From an uncultured Acinetobacter sp. (GTDB lineage: Bacteria > Pseudomonadota > Gammaproteobacteria > Pseudomonadales > Moraxellaceae), in contig CAZOGM010000004.1 in the NCBI GenBank assembly GCA_964579445.1, positions 15,079-79,078 of the forward strand: 64,000 nucleotides of DNA. Reading direction: 5' to 3'. Positions 25,548 through 39,005 of the stretch are shown piece by piece (position 1 is the first letter of the stretch; each line of letters opens with the position of its first letter). Below the pieces are notes generated by a model that made no database searches, had not been told where the DNA came from, and saw nothing but the letters and a program-made list of their open reading frames with translations. The position numbers and the translations under genes are program-made.

Positions 25548-28415
25548 ATGATAGGTCACTCAGACCTACCCAACACTATGGATACGAGTGTGCTACCGAT
25601 TATTATATTGTTACCGTTAATACTTGGCACCTTCCTTGTCCTTTGGCTGAAAAAATTCTCTCGCGGGGCTACAGCTTTAGGGGCGATTGGCGTAAGTCTA
25701 ACCAGCTTTATTTTACTTCTGACTCAAGCTAAAAGTGTCTTGAATGGTCATGCTGTGGTTGAACAATGGTCATGGTTACCTCAATTGGGCATTGATTTAA
25801 GTTTTCGCTTAGATGCACTTTCCTTGATTTTTGCTTTGCTCATTTCTGGCATTGGCACCCTCATTTATATTTACGCTTATTATTATTTAAATCCTAAAAA
25901 TTCTTTAAGCAAGCTTTATGCTTTACTGATGTTGTTTATGGCAGCCATGCTCGGCATTTCACTGTCAAACAACTTAATTATTTTACTGGTTTTTTGGGAA
26001 ATGACCAGTATTTCATCTTTTTTATTGGTGGGGTATTGGAGCAATTACGACGCTGCTCAGCGTGGTTCACGTATGGCGTTGACCATTACGGGACTAGGTG
26101 GTTTGGCTATGCTCGGTGGCTTTGTTTTACTAGGACAAATCACGGGTACCTATCAAATCGATCAGATCGTGACAATGACTAGCACCATTCAAGCCAGTCC
26201 CCTGTTCGTTCCCGTACTGCTCTTGATTTTATTGGGTGCGTTTACCAAAAGTGCGCAGTTCCCCTTTCATTTTTGGCTCCCGAATGCCATGGCAGCACCG
26301 ACTCCGGTCTCGGCGTATTTACATTCGGCAACCATGGTAAAAGCCGGCATATTTTTGTTAGCCCGTTTAATGCCTATTTTTGTTGGCTCGGCGGTTTACC
26401 ACAATTTAGTCACCACAGTCGGTTTATTCACTTTATGCATGGCGGCTTTTTTCGCCATATTTAAAGAAGATTTAAAAGGCTTACTGGCGTATTCAACGAT
26501 TAGTCATTTGGGCTTAATTGTCTGTTTGCTGGGAATTGGTTCACCTTTGGCTGTCGCGGCAGCTGTGTTCCATATTATTAACCATGCGACTTTTAAAGCT
26601 GCGTTGTTCATGATCGCAGGCATTATTGATCATGAAACTGGAACCCGTGATATTCGTAAACTCAGTGGTCTCTGGCAACTCCTTCCATTTACAGCAACGC
26701 TGACCATGATTACTGCCGCAGCCATGGCGGGTGTTCCTCTGACCAATGGTTTCTTGTCTAAAGAGATGTTCTTCACTGAACTTTTGGCGAATTTATCGGG
26801 TAGTTTTGCTGTGCTGGCAGCCATAGTTGCGACATTTGCTGGTTTATTCGCGGTGGCGTATTCAGCACGCTTGGTTCACGGCGTATTTTTTGATGGCGAT
26901 ATTGGTAAAGACGTACCCAACAAAGATGCGCATGAACCACACATCGGTATGCGTGCTCCCGCTATGATTTTAGCAACACTGTGTATTGCAGTTGGGATTT
27001 TACCTGCACTATTGCTTGAAGATGTGGTGAATGCAGGTGCGCGTGCCAGCATCAATCAACCCACATTTGAAGGGGTTCATCTCGCGATTTGGCATGGCTT
27101 TAATCTGCCCCTTTTAATGAGTGCTATTGCTTTGGTGGGTGGTCTCATTTTCTACTTTGCTTTAGCCAAAAAAAGCCGTATTCGTGAAATTGACCTCGAT
27201 CCTTATTTGGGTAAGCTACAAGGCAAAGTTTTATTTGACAGTTTTCTCAAACACCTTTTACTAAATTCTCGAAAATTAAAACGCGCAACCGAAACAGGTT
27301 CGCTACAACATTATTTATTGTGGATTGTGGTATTTGCAATTGCGATTGTAGCCATGCCCTTACTGGGTCAAGGCATTACCACAGGTACGCGAGAACTGAC
27401 CCATGCACCTATCCTTGGGGTTGTGCTGTGGCTACTCCTCTTCTCAGCTTGCTGGATGATGCTGTGGTTCCACCATGAACGCATTAAAGCCGTGCTGATT
27501 AGTGGTGCTGTGGGTTTAGTGGTGACTTTGGTTTTTGTGATTTTTTCTGCACCAGATTTAGCACTGACTCAAATTACGGTCGATGTGGTCACCACGGTGC
27601 TTCTGCTTATGAGTTTGTCATTACTTCCACAGTTGACACCGTATGAATCATCACGTTCAAGGCGTTGGCGAGATGCAGCTATTGCAATCATTGGTGGACT
27701 CGGGATTGGCTGGATTGCATGGCTGATTTTAACCCGTGATCACAATTCTATTTCATGGTTCTTCTTACAGCAGTCATTGCCTTTGGGCGGCGGATCAAAT
27801 GTCGTCAATGTCATCTTGGTCGATTTCCGTGGTTTTGATACCTTCGGTGAAATTACGGTACTGGGCATCGCGGCCATTGGTGCGTTATGTATGATGGATG
27901 GTATGCGTGCCCATGGGACAACGATTACCCAAGGTTTGACCTATCGTTTTAACCCCTCCCCGCTGATGTTCCGAATGACCGCATCGTGGGTTTTACCCAT
28001 TGCACTGGTCGTGAGCTTGTATATTTTCTTACGGGGGCACAATTTACCCGGCGGTGGATTCATTGCAGGTTTGATTACCTCTATGGCACTGGTGATTCAG
28101 TACATCGCACTGGGTCAAGAGCAAGCGGAAAAGATGCTGAGAGCCAAATCTGGACGCCTATACGAAATCTGGATTGGTATCGGTTTAATAATTGCAGGTT
28201 TAACCGGTATCGCCGCATGGCTCTGGGGACGTCCATTTTTAACCAGTGCCCATATTTATGTTGAGCCCGTTCTGCTTGGAAAAATGCATCTGGCTTCTGC
28301 TGCAGCCTTTGACGTAGGCGTATATGTTACGGTCGTGGGTGCAACTATGCTGATGATTTCTGTTCTGAGTGACTCGCGTAATACCAGTATCACTGGTCCA
28401 GTTCCTAAGGGGTAA
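25548..28415 (+). CDS. phaA: Mrp/Pha cation:H+ antiporter subunit A (MrpA-MrpB fusion); start may be ATG 25578
   Basis: NuoL-like FTKSAQFPFHFWLPNAMAAPTPVSAYLHSATMVKAG; C-terminal NVILVDFRGFDT and GHNLPGGGF MrpB part. Confidence 0.95.
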   Translation: MIGHSDLPNTMDTSVLPIIILLPLILGTFLVLWLKKFSRGATALGAIGVSLTSFILLLTQAKSVLNGHAVVEQWSWLPQLGIDLSFRLDALSLIFALLISGIGTLIYIYAYYYLNPKNSLSKLYALLMLFMAAMLGISLSNNLIILLVFWEMTSISSFLLVGYWSNYDAAQRGSRMALTITGLGGLAMLGGFVLLGQITGTYQIDQIVTMTSTIQASPLFVPVLLLILLGAFTKSAQFPFHFWLPNAMAAPTPVSAYLHSATMVKAGIFLLARLMPIFVGSAVYHNLVTTVGLFTLCMAAFFAIFKEDLKGLLAYSTISHLGLIVCLLGIGSPLAVAAAVFHIINHATFKAALFMIAGIIDHETGTRDIRKLSGLWQLLPFTATLTMITAAAMAGVPLTNGFLSKEMFFTELLANLSGSFAVLAAIVATFAGLFAVAYSARLVHGVFFDGDIGKDVPNKDAHEPHIGMRAPAMILATLCIAVGILPALLLEDVVNAGARASINQPTFEGVHLAIWHGFNLPLLMSAIALVGGLIFYFALAKKSRIREIDLDPYLGKLQGKVLFDSFLKHLLLNSRKLKRATETGSLQHYLLWIVVFAIAIVAMPLLGQGITTGTRELTHAPILGVVLWLLLFSACWMMLWFHHERIKAVLISGAVGLVVTLVFVIFSAPDLALTQITVDVVTTVLLLMSLSLLPQLTPYESSRSRRWRDAAIAIIGGLGIGWIAWLILTRDHNSISWFFLQQSLPLGGGSNVVNVILVDFRGFDTFGEITVLGIAAIGALCMMDGMRAHGTTITQGLTYRFNPSPLMFRMTASWVLPIALVVSLYIFLRGHNLPGGGFIAGLITSMALVIQYIALGQEQAEKMLRAKSGRLYEIWIGIGLIIAGLTGIAAWLWGRPFLTSAHIYVEPVLLGKMHLASAAAFDVGVYVTVVGATMLMISVLSDSRNTSITGPVPKG

Positions 28416-28418
28416 TGC

Positions 28419-28784
28419 ATGATTAGTTTAGAATTTTTACTTGCTTCTGCCATTGGTCTATTGGTTGCTACCGGTATCTATTTGATTTTGCGTGCACGTA
28501 CATTTCCAATGGTGCTTGGACTGGCCATGATTGGTTATGCAGTCAATCTGTTTTTATTTGCCATGGGCCGCTTGCAACTCAGCGCTCCTGCAATTTTAAC
28601 CGATGCCAATCAAGTCACAGACCCTTTGCCTCAAGCTTTGGTCTTAACCGCGATTGTGATTGGCTTTGCAACGACTGCTTTTATTGTGCAATTGGCGCTA
28701 CGCAGTCGCTATGAGTCTGGTACAGACCATGTTGACTCCAAAGAGGAACCTATCAATACAGACCTACGCGAGGATGAGCCTTAA
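28419..28784 (+). CDS. phaC: Mrp/Pha antiporter subunit C
   Basis: DPLPQALVLTAIVIG motif. Confidence 0.95.
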   Translation: MISLEFLLASAIGLLVATGIYLILRARTFPMVLGLAMIGYAVNLFLFAMGRLQLSAPAILTDANQVTDPLPQALVLTAIVIGFATTAFIVQLALRSRYESGTDHVDSKEEPINTDLREDEP

Positions 28785-28786
28785 TC

Positions 28787-30592
28787 ATGAACTTTTTTGA
28801 ATTTTGGCTTTATCATTCTCCAATCCTGAGTATTTTGATTCCAGGCTTTACCGCTTTTATATTGTTATTACTGGGCAATCCAGGTTCAGGTGCTTTGTCT
28901 CAAGACTGGCGTCAACCTTGGCGACGGGGCATTAGTCTAGTTTCGGTTGTTTTAGGTTTAGCCACTGCCATTAGTTACCTGATTCAAGCCAATAGTGGTC
29001 AGATTTTTGTCTACCAACTCAGTGAGTGGGCTGCACCCTTTGGTATCGTTTTAATATTAGACCGACTTGCAGCATTTATGTTGGTACTCACTTATGCACT
29101 GGTCGTACCGGTGATTTGGTTTGCCAGCAAAGAATGGGATGAGCGTGGCCGTTACTTCCATGCTATGTGTCATTTTTTACTGATGGGACTGTGCGGTGCG
29201 TTTCTTACAGGTGACTTATTTAACCTGTTTGTGTTCTTTGAAATTCTACTGATGGCGTCCTATGTTCTACTCTTGCATGGACAAGGCAAAGCCCGTTTTC
29301 AGCTTGGGATTCATTACGTCACCATTAACCTGCTCGCATCTGCGCTCTTCCTCATTGGCTTGGGCATGATTTATGGCAGTGTCGGCAGTTTAAATATGGC
29401 AGATGTCAGCCGTATTTTGCCATTGCTCGAAGGCGATCAGCATAAACTTGCTGTCGCTGGTGGTTTGCTGTTGTTTGTGGTGTTTGGCATTAAAGCTGCA
29501 ATTTTACCCGTCGGTTTTTGGCTACCCAAAACCTATGCGGTTGCGACCACCCCGATTGCCGCGATTTTTACCATCATGACCAAGGTGGGAATCTATGCCA
29601 TTTTGCGTGTGAACAGTACTGTTTTTAATGATGAATTAACCCGTGAAATATTATCTCACTGGTTATTGCCCATTGGTCTCATCACCTCTATCTATGGTGT
29701 GATTGGTGCAATTGGTGCAGAACGCTTACGCCGTTTTGTCGGTTTCATGATTTTATCGTCTATTGGTACCATCATCATCGCGTTGTCTTTAATGACGACT
29801 AATGCATGGGCAGCAGCACTGTATTATTTGGTGCACAGTACCATTATTGCAGCCATGTTCTATTTATTGTGTGGCTGGATTACCTCTCAGCGCGGCGCAT
29901 TTAAAGACCATTTTAAAATTGCACCTAAAATGAAACAGCAGACTTTAGTGTCGATTTGCTTCTTTATAGTGGCTTTAATGATGGCTGGTTTACCGCCATT
30001 TAGTGGTTTTTTTGGCAAGGTATTTATCTTGCAGGCGACCTCTACATCACCGTATCAATTGCTGATTATAATCACGGTTCTATTGGTCAGTTTACTCAGT
30101 ATTATGGCCTTCACTCGAGCGGGTTTTGTGCTGTTCTGGCGAGCAACCACACCTGAAGACAATCCAAATGAACCCGCTTTTGATGAATACCAAAAGCTCC
30201 CGACTACTGCCCCTGCGCGAAATGACAAAACCGTTTATGTCTTTATGCTTGGACTGACAGCTTATGTGGTTTTTGCCAATCCGATTATGCAATATTTTGA
30301 AAAAACGGCATTACAATTAAATGATGCGGCTCTATATTCACAAACGATTCTTAAAGCAGATGAGCTGGGCAATGTCATTAGCATCCAGCCTTTTGATTCA
30401 AAGTATTTACCAGAAACTAAATATGGCGGTGAATCTGTTGATCCACATGCACATTATATTCCGCATGTGATTAGTCCCAAAACCTTAGAGGGCGAACATA
30501 TTTCTGAATATAAAAACCGTCAAATCGAACAACAAGAGCAAAGCGAACAACCTACGAGTGACCATGCTAAGCTTAAGCCAATGGAGCCATAA
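28787..30592 (+). CDS. phaD: Mrp/Pha antiporter subunit D
   Basis: TGDLFNLFVFFEILL, IKAA..P..FWLP..Y, TKVGIYA and AGLPPFSGF; hydrophilic C-terminal tail. Confidence 0.95.
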   Translation: MNFFEFWLYHSPILSILIPGFTAFILLLLGNPGSGALSQDWRQPWRRGISLVSVVLGLATAISYLIQANSGQIFVYQLSEWAAPFGIVLILDRLAAFMLVLTYALVVPVIWFASKEWDERGRYFHAMCHFLLMGLCGAFLTGDLFNLFVFFEILLMASYVLLLHGQGKARFQLGIHYVTINLLASALFLIGLGMIYGSVGSLNMADVSRILPLLEGDQHKLAVAGGLLLFVVFGIKAAILPVGFWLPKTYAVATTPIAAIFTIMTKVGIYAILRVNSTVFNDELTREILSHWLLPIGLITSIYGVIGAIGAERLRRFVGFMILSSIGTIIIALSLMTTNAWAAALYYLVHSTIIAAMFYLLCGWITSQRGAFKDHFKIAPKMKQQTLVSICFFIVALMMAGLPPFSGFFGKVFILQATSTSPYQLLIIITVLLVSLLSIMAFTRAGFVLFWRATTPEDNPNEPAFDEYQKLPTTAPARNDKTVYVFMLGLTAYVVFANPIMQYFEKTALQLNDAALYSQTILKADELGNVISIQPFDSKYLPETKYGGESVDPHAHYIPHVISPKTLEGEHISEYKNRQIEQQEQSEQPTSDHAKLKPMEP

Positions 30593-31117
30593 ATGACTCA
30601 GAAAAGCGCTTTCATTGATCGTATCTTGCCACATCCGTTTGTTTCGGTAATTGTGGCGGTGAGTTGGCTCATGTTGGGTCATCAAGCCGAATTATTTGAT
30701 TTGATTGTGGCCGTTATTTTAGGGCTGATCATTCCAAAACTCATTCAGCCCTTTATTGTGCGTACGCCCAACATTCATTGGGATTTAGCGATAAAACTCA
30801 CCTTGACCGTCCTTTGGGACATTATCGTGTGTAATATTAAAGTGGCAAAACAAGTGTTAGGTCCAACAAAAAACTTACATCCCAAATGGTTTCGTGTTCC
30901 TTTAGATACCAATCATGAGCATGTCAACACTTTGCTTGCGATGATCATCACGACAACGCCGGGAACAGTCAGTGCCGGAATCGATCAAGAACGCGGTGAT
31001 ATCTTGGTACATTCTCTTAGCTCGGATGACACTGACGCAGATATATTGGATATCAAAAATCGCTACGAAGCACCGCTCATGGCGATATTTGATGTGAAAC
31101 AAGGAGAACATGCATGA
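30593..31117 (+). CDS. phaE: Mrp/Pha antiporter subunit E
   Basis: ITTTPGT motif and IKNRYEAPL; operon position. Confidence 0.93.
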   Translation: MTQKSAFIDRILPHPFVSVIVAVSWLMLGHQAELFDLIVAVILGLIIPKLIQPFIVRTPNIHWDLAIKLTLTVLWDIIVCNIKVAKQVLGPTKNLHPKWFRVPLDTNHEHVNTLLAMIITTTPGTVSAGIDQERGDILVHSLSSDDTDADILDIKNRYEAPLMAIFDVKQGEHA

Positions 31118-31389
31118 TCATTTTACCGTATGCATTGGGCATCTGTTTAATCGCAATTACGCTGTCCATGTTTCTGTGCTTGTTTCGTTTGGTTTTAGGC
31201 CCTTCTATTGTGGATCGACTTTTGGCACTGGACACGTTGTTCTTAAACGCCACCTGTCTAGTCGTTATTTTAGGTATTTACTGGGCCAGTACATCTTTAT
31301 TTGAAGGCGCACTTTTGGTGGCGATGCTCGGTTTTGTTTCAACAGCAGCGCTGGCACGTTACTTCACCACAGGTCACGTGATCGACTAG
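31114..31389 (+). CDS. phaF: Mrp/Pha antiporter subunit F
   Basis: GPSIVDRLLALD and GFVSTAALARY motifs. Confidence 0.93.
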   Translation: MIILPYALGICLIAITLSMFLCLFRLVLGPSIVDRLLALDTLFLNATCLVVILGIYWASTSLFEGALLVAMLGFVSTAALARYFTTGHVID

Positions 31390-31399
31390 GAGCTGTTTA

Positions 31400-31786
31400 A
31401 TGCAAATTTTGATGGAAATCCTCGTCTCGATGTTTTTAATCATTGGTGCTTTTTTTACTGTAGTCGGTGGTATTGGCATGGTGAAGCTACCCGATCTATT
31501 TATGCGTCTTCACGCACCCACCAAATCGAGTACGCTTGGATTAGGAAGTTTCTTAATCGCTGCAATGATCTACGCAGCTTTTCACAGTCGTTTAGGTTTT
31601 GCTGAGTTACTGATTACTTTACTTGCATTTATTACAGCGCCTGTATCTGCAAATTTGATTGCACAAGCCGCGATTCATTTGCGTTTACGCTCAACCTCGG
31701 GTGAAGTGCCTGAGACTTTAGATCGCCCTTTACCGTGGCAAAGACAGCGTCGTACCAAATCACTCGATCAAGATCGAAACCGTTAA
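31400..31786 (+). CDS. phaG: Mrp/Pha antiporter subunit G
   Basis: LPDLFMRLHAPTKSSTLG and TAPVSA motifs. Confidence 0.93.
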   Translation: MQILMEILVSMFLIIGAFFTVVGGIGMVKLPDLFMRLHAPTKSSTLGLGSFLIAAMIYAAFHSRLGFAELLITLLAFITAPVSANLIAQAAIHLRLRSTSGEVPETLDRPLPWQRQRRTKSLDQDRNR

Positions 31787-31824
31787 CATCATGCTTGCAT
31801 TTAAGTTACTTAACAGCAGACCAT

Positions 31825-31855
31825 AAAAAACCTAGCAAATTCGCTAGGTTTTTTT
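31825..31855. terminator. Bidirectional intrinsic terminator
   Basis: AAAAAACCTAGC-AAATTC-GCTAGGTTTTTTT between convergent genes. Confidence 0.88.
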
Positions 31856-31864
31856 AAATCTGAA

Positions 31865-32752
31865 TTAGCTATACAAAACAGGTTGGTCTTCTTGGAAACT
31901 TTCCATCTGGTACTCACTGGCCAGTTTATTTTTCCAGTGATCAATAAGATCGCTATAGTCAATTTCGGAGGGGTGAAAATCTTTTTTATAATAAGATAAA
32001 TATTCAGGAATCAGCTCAATCAGCATTTTTGAAACGAGGTATATGCCGTATAAATTGCCAGAAACTTTCGGTAAGCTCTTTTTATAATCTTGCATAAACA
32101 AACGGCTGGCAGAATAAAAAGTCAGACTTGCAAAACCCGTCGTCACACTGCGCATGACCGTACGGCGAACTTTGTCGTCTTTATACACCGCCTGATAAAC
32201 ATCAAAAGCAACTGCACGATGCTCAATTTCTTCAATCGCATGCCAGACCCAAAGCTTCGTCGCATCCTCATCTAAAGTACTTAAAATTTCAGGATGTCTT
32301 AAAATATAACCACCTAACAGCGCAGTGAAATGTTCAAACGCACAGGTAATGGCAAGCTGAAGCTTGGGATGTACTGTGCGAATAAATTCGTCACGGCGCG
32401 CCAACCATGCTTGGAAACTGTCCAAATGATAATCATCTCTGCGCCATGCGTCATTAAACTCAGCATGGGCTTTTGAGTGCATTGCCTCCTGCCCAATAAA
32501 GGCAGCAATTTGCGCTTGCAGATGCTCATTTTTCACTTTGTCGCGCACATTTCGGACGCTATGCACGAAGAATTGTTCACCAATAGGAAAGGTCGATGAA
32601 AGTGCCGTGAGTAAATGTGACATTACAGGAGAGTTAGCAAAAAAATGTCTGCGAATGGCTTTGGGGTTATAGCTCAGTCGACGCACCTTGATACCCAATG
32701 CTTTAGGACGATTTAAATATGATTTTTCTGTCGCCACATTTGTTGTCGTCAT
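31865..32752 (-). CDS. Predicted metal-dependent hydrolase (ferritin-like helical fold, PF10118-type)
   Basis: FPIGEQFF, FIGQEAMHSKAH, EHFTA and WHAIEEIEHRAVAFD (two ExxH motifs). Confidence 0.8.
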   Translation of the reverse strand: MTTTNVATEKSYLNRPKALGIKVRRLSYNPKAIRRHFFANSPVMSHLLTALSSTFPIGEQFFVHSVRNVRDKVKNEHLQAQIAAFIGQEAMHSKAHAEFNDAWRRDDYHLDSFQAWLARRDEFIRTVHPKLQLAITCAFEHFTALLGGYILRHPEILSTLDEDATKLWVWHAIEEIEHRAVAFDVYQAVYKDDKVRRTVMRSVTTGFASLTFYSASRLFMQDYKKSLPKVSGNLYGIYLVSKMLIELIPEYLSYYKKDFHPSEIDYSDLIDHWKNKLASEYQMESFQEDQPVLYS

Positions 32753-32987
32753 GGTCTATATCCTACATTTGTTGGAATTTATCTTTATCTTCTCAGATGC
32801 TTTATTTTTGTATATTGCAAAAATTGACAGGATAAACGGTAGATTAGATATTTTGCCAATTCAAACACATTATCTCAGGCTTGTTTTGTCATTTTATTGA
32901 TCATATTCAATGGTTTTTAAAATGATTCAGCTATTTTTTGTTTTTAACCCTTGTTAGACAACATTTGATAAATATAGTCAACCGACA

Positions 32988-33015
32988 AAAAAAACCCACC
33001 GAAGTGGGTTTGATT
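32988..33015 (-). terminator. Intrinsic terminator after gltD
   Basis: Minus strand reads AAACCCAC-TTCG-GTGGGTTT-TTTTT. Confidence 0.88.
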
Positions 33016-33031
33016 CGATATTTTCGAAAGA

Positions 33032-34477
<1,446 letters not shown>

Positions 34478-34523
34478 TCAGTTTTGCCCTGCTACATCTG
34501 CCTATATATCTACAGTCGTGGAA

Positions 34524-37500
34524 TTATTGTGGATCAGCTTGAGTGGTTTTTAACAAAGTCTGCAAGTTTGCAGCTTTGGGTTTCACCAGCCAAAATTTAC
34601 GGCTATAGAAATCAAACTCGTTGCGGATCTTATAAGCCCAAGCACTTCCTGTCTCAGCAATGTGTTCATCCAAAATTCGAAGTAAGAATCCTTGATGTTC
34701 TTCCATCGCTTCGGTTGAAATTCGATTCAGTTCAATCAGCTCATGATTGTAATGATCGACAAAGTCATTTTCTAAATCCAGTACATAAGCAAAACCGCCG
34801 GTCATACCTGCACCGAAGTTGTGTCCAACTTTGCCGAGTACAGTCACAATACCACCGGTCATATATTCACAGCAGTGATCGCCTGCACCCTCAATCACGG
34901 CAAACGCACCTGAGTTACGTACTGCAAAACGCTCACCCGCCGTACCTGCTGCAAAGACTTTACCGCCTGTTGCGCCGTACAAACATGTGTTACCAATGAT
35001 CGCAGTTTCTTGGGTCTGAAATGGTGAACCTTTAGGTGGGAAAATCGAAATACGCCCACCTGCCATCCCTTTACCGACATAGTCATTGGCATCGCCTTCA
35101 AGTTTAATATGAAGACCGCCTGCATTCCATACACCTAAAGATTGACCCGCAGTACCGGTTAAGTTCATTTTAACTGGATGTGCTTCCATACTCAGGTTGC
35201 CATAGCGACGTGCAATTTCACCTGAGATACGGGCACCAATTGAACGGTCACAGTTACCAATGGTGAAATGGTATTCACCACCTGTCCCTGACTCAATTGC
35301 AGGCAGCATCTCAAGCACCATCTTCTCAGCCAACACACCTTTATCGAACGGGGCATTGCCTTCAACTTGACAGTACTGCGCCTTACCTTCAGCAGAAGGA
35401 TGTGACTCAAGCAGTGCACTTAAATCCAAATGGCCTTGTTTCTCAGTTTCACCGGGAAGCATTTCTAACAAATCTGTACGACCAATCAAATCTTTTAAAC
35501 GTGATACACCCAGTGCTGCCAACCATTCACGCGTTTCTTCCGCCATAAAATGGAAGAAGTTAATCAGCATTTCAGGTTCACCAATATAGTGTTCCTGACG
35601 CAAATGATCTTGTTGAGTCGCAACACCTGTCGCACAGTTATTGAGGTGACAAATACGGAGGTACTTACAACCCAGTGCAATCATTGGCGTTGAACCAAAA
35701 CCAAAGCTTTCTGCGCCTAAAATTGCTGCTTTTACAACGTCTAAACCAGTTTTTAAGCCACCATCGGTTTGTACACGTACTTTGCCACGTAAGTCATTTA
35801 CGCGAAGCGCTTGATGTGCTTCCGAAAGACCCAATTCCCACGGTGAACCCGCATGATGAATTGAAGAAAGTGGTGACGCTGCTGTACCACCGTCATAACC
35901 TGAAATGGTGATGAAATCGGCATAGGCTTTTGCTACACCCGCTGCAATCGTACCGACACCCGGTTCAGACACCAGTTTTACAGAAACCATCGCTTGCGGA
36001 TTGACTTGCTTTAAGTCAAAGATCAGTTGTGATAAATCTTCAATTGAATAAATATCATGATGTGGCGGCGGAGAAATTAAAGTTACACCCGGTACAGAGT
36101 AACGCAAACGTGCAATTAAGCCATTTACTTTACCACCTGGTAACTGACCACCTTCACCCGGTTTAGCGCCTTGTGCAACTTTAATTTGCAGTACTTCAGC
36201 AGACGTTAAGTAAGCGGGTGTTACACCAAAACGACCTGATGCAATTTGTTTGATTTTTGAATTACGAATGGTGCCATAACGCGCTGGATCTTCACCGCCC
36301 TCACCCGAGTTTGAACGACCGCCAATGGTGTTCATAGCAATCGCAATCGCTTCATGTGCCTCAGGTGACAATGCCCCAAGCGACATGCCTGCTGAGTCAA
36401 AGCGCGGTAAAATATCAGCAACCGCTTCAACTTGATCAAGCGGGATTGAATTATCTGTTTTTAGTTTCAGTAAATCGCGAATGGTGGCTACAGGACGGCT
36501 ATTGACCAGTTCTGCATATTCCTTGAAGTCAGCATATTGACCTGAACGCACTGATTTATGTAAAGCATTGATCACGTCTGGATTAAAGGCGTGGTATTCC
36601 TTGTCATATACAAACTTAAGCAGGCCACCTGGTTCAATCGGCTTACGTGCTTTCCATGCCAAATCTGCCAATTTTTTCAAATCATTTTCAAGGTCAACAA
36701 AGCTTGCACCTTTGATACGGCTTGGCACGCCAATGAAGCATTTATTCACAACTTCTTCAGAAAGTCCTACGGCTTCAAAGAGTTGTCCGCCACGGTATGA
36801 AGCAACCGTTGAAATACCCATTTTTGATAAAACTTTAAGCAAGCCTTTTTCAATACCTTTACGGAAATTCGATTGAGCATGAATTGGATCACCCAATAAC
36901 TCGCCTTTTGCAATTAAATCATTGATCACATCATAAGCAAGATAAGGATAAATCGCAGTTGCACCAAAGCCTAAAATCACTGCAAACTGATGTGCATCAC
37001 GTGCCAGTGCAGTTTCAACAATAATATTGGCATCGGTACGTAAACCAACTTGAATCAAGTAATGATGAATTGCACCTGTCACCATTGCAGCATTAGCAGG
37101 TAAAAATCCGCGGCGAATTTTACGATCTGAAATGACCAACAACGTTTTACCTTGACGAATCGCTTGTGCAGCCTCTTCACAAATACGTGAAATAGCCGCT
37201 TCAGAACCTTCCGCTTCCGGATAGTTCAAATCGATATCGGCAATTTCATAGCCTTTACGACCCAGTGTGCGAATTTGGTGCATTTTTGAATTTGAAAGCA
37301 CAGGACTTGAAATAATCAAGCGGTCTGCATGCTCTGGGCTTTGTTCAAATACGTTTTGCTCACGGCCCAGACAGGTTTCAAGCGACATAACAATCGATTC
37401 ACGTAATGGATCAATTGGCGGGTTGGTCACTTGTGCAAACTGTTGGCGGAAGTAATCTGAGACATGACGCACTTGACGTGATAACACCGCCATTGGCGTA

Positions 37501-39005
37501 TCATCGCCCATTGAACCGACAGCTTCTTGACCGCTTTCAGCGATTGGGCGAAGCAATTGATCACGCTCTTCAAACGTTACCATAAACATTTTCTGTGCAG
37601 CTTTTAGGTCATCGCCTTTTAAGCCTTGATCACATAAATACTCTTCAAGCTCTGGGCTACCATGTATACGAACAGAATTTTCACGTAACCATTCACGGTA
37701 TGGACGCATTTTTTTCAAATGATTGCTGACATCTTTGGTGTCAAGCATTTTGCCCGTAAAGGTATCAATCACTAAGATCTGACCCGGACCGACACGACCT
37801 TTAGAGACGACATCTTCAGGCTGGTAACCCCACACACCAATTTCAGATGCTAACGTGATGTAACCATTTTTGGTAATGACCCAACGTGCAGGACGTAACC
37901 CATTACGATCCAGCATACAAATAGCATGTCGACCGTCTTGAATCACCAGACCCGCAGGCCCATCCCATGCTTCCATGTGCTTGGAGTTAAACTCGTAAAA
38001 TGCACGTAAGTCAGCATCTAAAGTTTCAACGTTTTGCCATGCAGGTGGAACCAACATACGCAGTGCACGGAACAAGTCCATACCACCACCCACCAAGATT
38101 TCAAGCATATTATCAAGGCTTGAAGAATCCGAACCTGTACGGTTTACAATCGGATTTAGCTCAGTAAGACCCGGTAACAGTGGGTTTTCAAACTTAGGGA
38201 CACGTGCCATGGCCCAGTTACGGTTCGCGGTAATCGTGTTGATTTCACCATTGTGTGCCAAATAACGAAACGGCTGCGCCAAAGGCCAGCGCGGTAAGGT
38301 ATTGGTTGAGAAACGCTGATGGAACACCACAATGTGAGATTCAAGCTCAGGGTTAGCAAGATCTGTATAGAAATCCGCAATCGCCTCAGGCATCATTAAG
38401 CCTTTATAGGTAATCACAGTTGAACACAGTGTAGTCACATAAAATGAGCTGTCATTGACCAAAAGCTGCTCTGCACGGCGACGTGCCAAGAACAATTTAC
38501 GGTTAAATTCAACCTCAGTCACACCCATTGGGCAGTTGACAATAATTTGCTCAAAAGCTGGCATCGAACGTAATGCAATTTCACCTAAAGCATTCACATT
38601 GGTCGGCACTACACGCCATGCCAAAACTTTCAAACCTTCAGATTCGATTTCTTTAGCCAAAACTTGTTTAGAATGTGCCGCAATAGCAGGGTCTAAGTTT
38701 AAAAAAACCGTCCCAACTGCAAAAATTTCACTTAGGGTGATATCGCTGAGTTTCTTAGCCTCATTACGAAAGAATTGCTTTGGCATAGCCAAAAGTAGAC
38801 CACAACCATCACCCGTTTTACCATCAGCTGCAATACCACCCCGGTGCGTCATACAACTTAAACTATGAATCGCGGTCTTGACCAAGTCATGACTGGCATC
38901 GCCTTGCATATGGGCGATTAATCCGAAACCACAGTTATCTTTAAACTCATCCGGTTGGTATAAACCTTTAGCGGGAGCTACAGTATTAGGCGATGGCATG
39001 TGCAT
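34524..39005 (-). CDS. gltB: Glutamate synthase large subunit
   Basis: DNCGFG N-terminal nucleophile, [34 protein letters not shown]-type motif ([15 protein letters not shown]), [13 protein letters not shown] and [14 protein letters not shown] 39005 is preferred over the ORF-track start 39074. Confidence 0.98.
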   Translation of the reverse strand: MHMPSPNTVAPAKGLYQPDEFKDNCGFGLIAHMQGDASHDLVKTAIHSLSCMTHRGGIAADGKTGDGCGLLLAMPKQFFRNEAKKLSDITLSEIFAVGTVFLNLDPAIAAHSKQVLAKEIESEGLKVLAWRVVPTNVNALGEIALRSMPAFEQIIVNCPMGVTEVEFNRKLFLARRRAEQLLVNDSSFYVTTLCSTVITYKGLMMPEAIADFYTDLANPELESHIVVFHQRFSTNTLPRWPLAQPFRYLAHNGEINTITANRNWAMARVPKFENPLLPGLTELNPIVNRTGSDSSSLDNMLEILVGGGMDLFRALRMLVPPAWQNVETLDADLRAFYEFNSKHMEAWDGPAGLVIQDGRHAICMLDRNGLRPARWVITKNGYITLASEIGVWGYQPEDVVSKGRVGPGQILVIDTFTGKMLDTKDVSNHLKKMRPYREWLRENSVRIHGSPELEEYLCDQGLKGDDLKAAQKMFMVTFEERDQLLRPIAESGQEAVGSMGDDTPMAVLSRQVRHVSDYFRQQFAQVTNPPIDPLRESIVMSLETCLGREQNVFEQSPEHADRLIISSPVLSNSKMHQIRTLGRKGYEIADIDLNYPEAEGSEAAISRICEEAAQAIRQGKTLLVISDRKIRRGFLPANAAMVTGAIHHYLIQVGLRTDANIIVETALARDAHQFAVILGFGATAIYPYLAYDVINDLIAKGELLGDPIHAQSNFRKGIEKGLLKVLSKMGISTVASYRGGQLFEAVGLSEEVVNKCFIGVPSRIKGASFVDLENDLKKLADLAWKARKPIEPGGLLKFVYDKEYHAFNPDVINALHKSVRSGQYADFKEYAELVNSRPVATIRDLLKLKTDNSIPLDQVEAVADILPRFDSAGMSLGALSPEAHEAIAIAMNTIGGRSNSGEGGEDPARYGTIRNSKIKQIASGRFGVTPAYLTSAEVLQIKVAQGAKPGEGGQLPGGKVNGLIARLRYSVPGVTLISPPPHHDIYSIEDLSQLIFDLKQVNPQAMVSVKLVSEPGVGTIAAGVAKAYADFITISGYDGGTAASPLSSIHHAGSPWELGLSEAHQALRVNDLRGKVRVQTDGGLKTGLDVVKAAILGAESFGFGSTPMIALGCKYLRICHLNNCATGVATQQDHLRQEHYIGEPEMLINFFHFMAEETREWLAALGVSRLKDLIGRTDLLEMLPGETEKQGHLDLSALLESHPSAEGKAQYCQVEGNAPFDKGVLAEKMVLEMLPAIESGTGGEYHFTIGNCDRSIGARISGEIARRYGNLSMEAHPVKMNLTGTAGQSLGVWNAGGLHIKLEGDANDYVGKGMAGGRISIFPPKGSPFQTQETAIIGNTCLYGATGGKVFAAGTAGERFAVRNSGAFAVIEGAGDHCCEYMTGGIVTVLGKVGHNFGAGMTGGFAYVLDLENDFVDHYNHELIELNRISTEAMEEHQGFLLRILDEHIAETGSAWAYKIRNEFDFYSRKFWLVKPKAANLQTLLKTTQADPQ

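Noticed and set aside
25548-28415. MrpA-MrpB fusion as a novelty
   Set aside because: Standard for group 2 Mrp/Pha operons in Proteobacteria.
29456-29463. GCTGGTGG (E. coli Chi) inside phaD
   Set aside because: A single occurrence is expected by chance in Ala-Gly-Gly codons, and the Chi sequence of this organism is not established.
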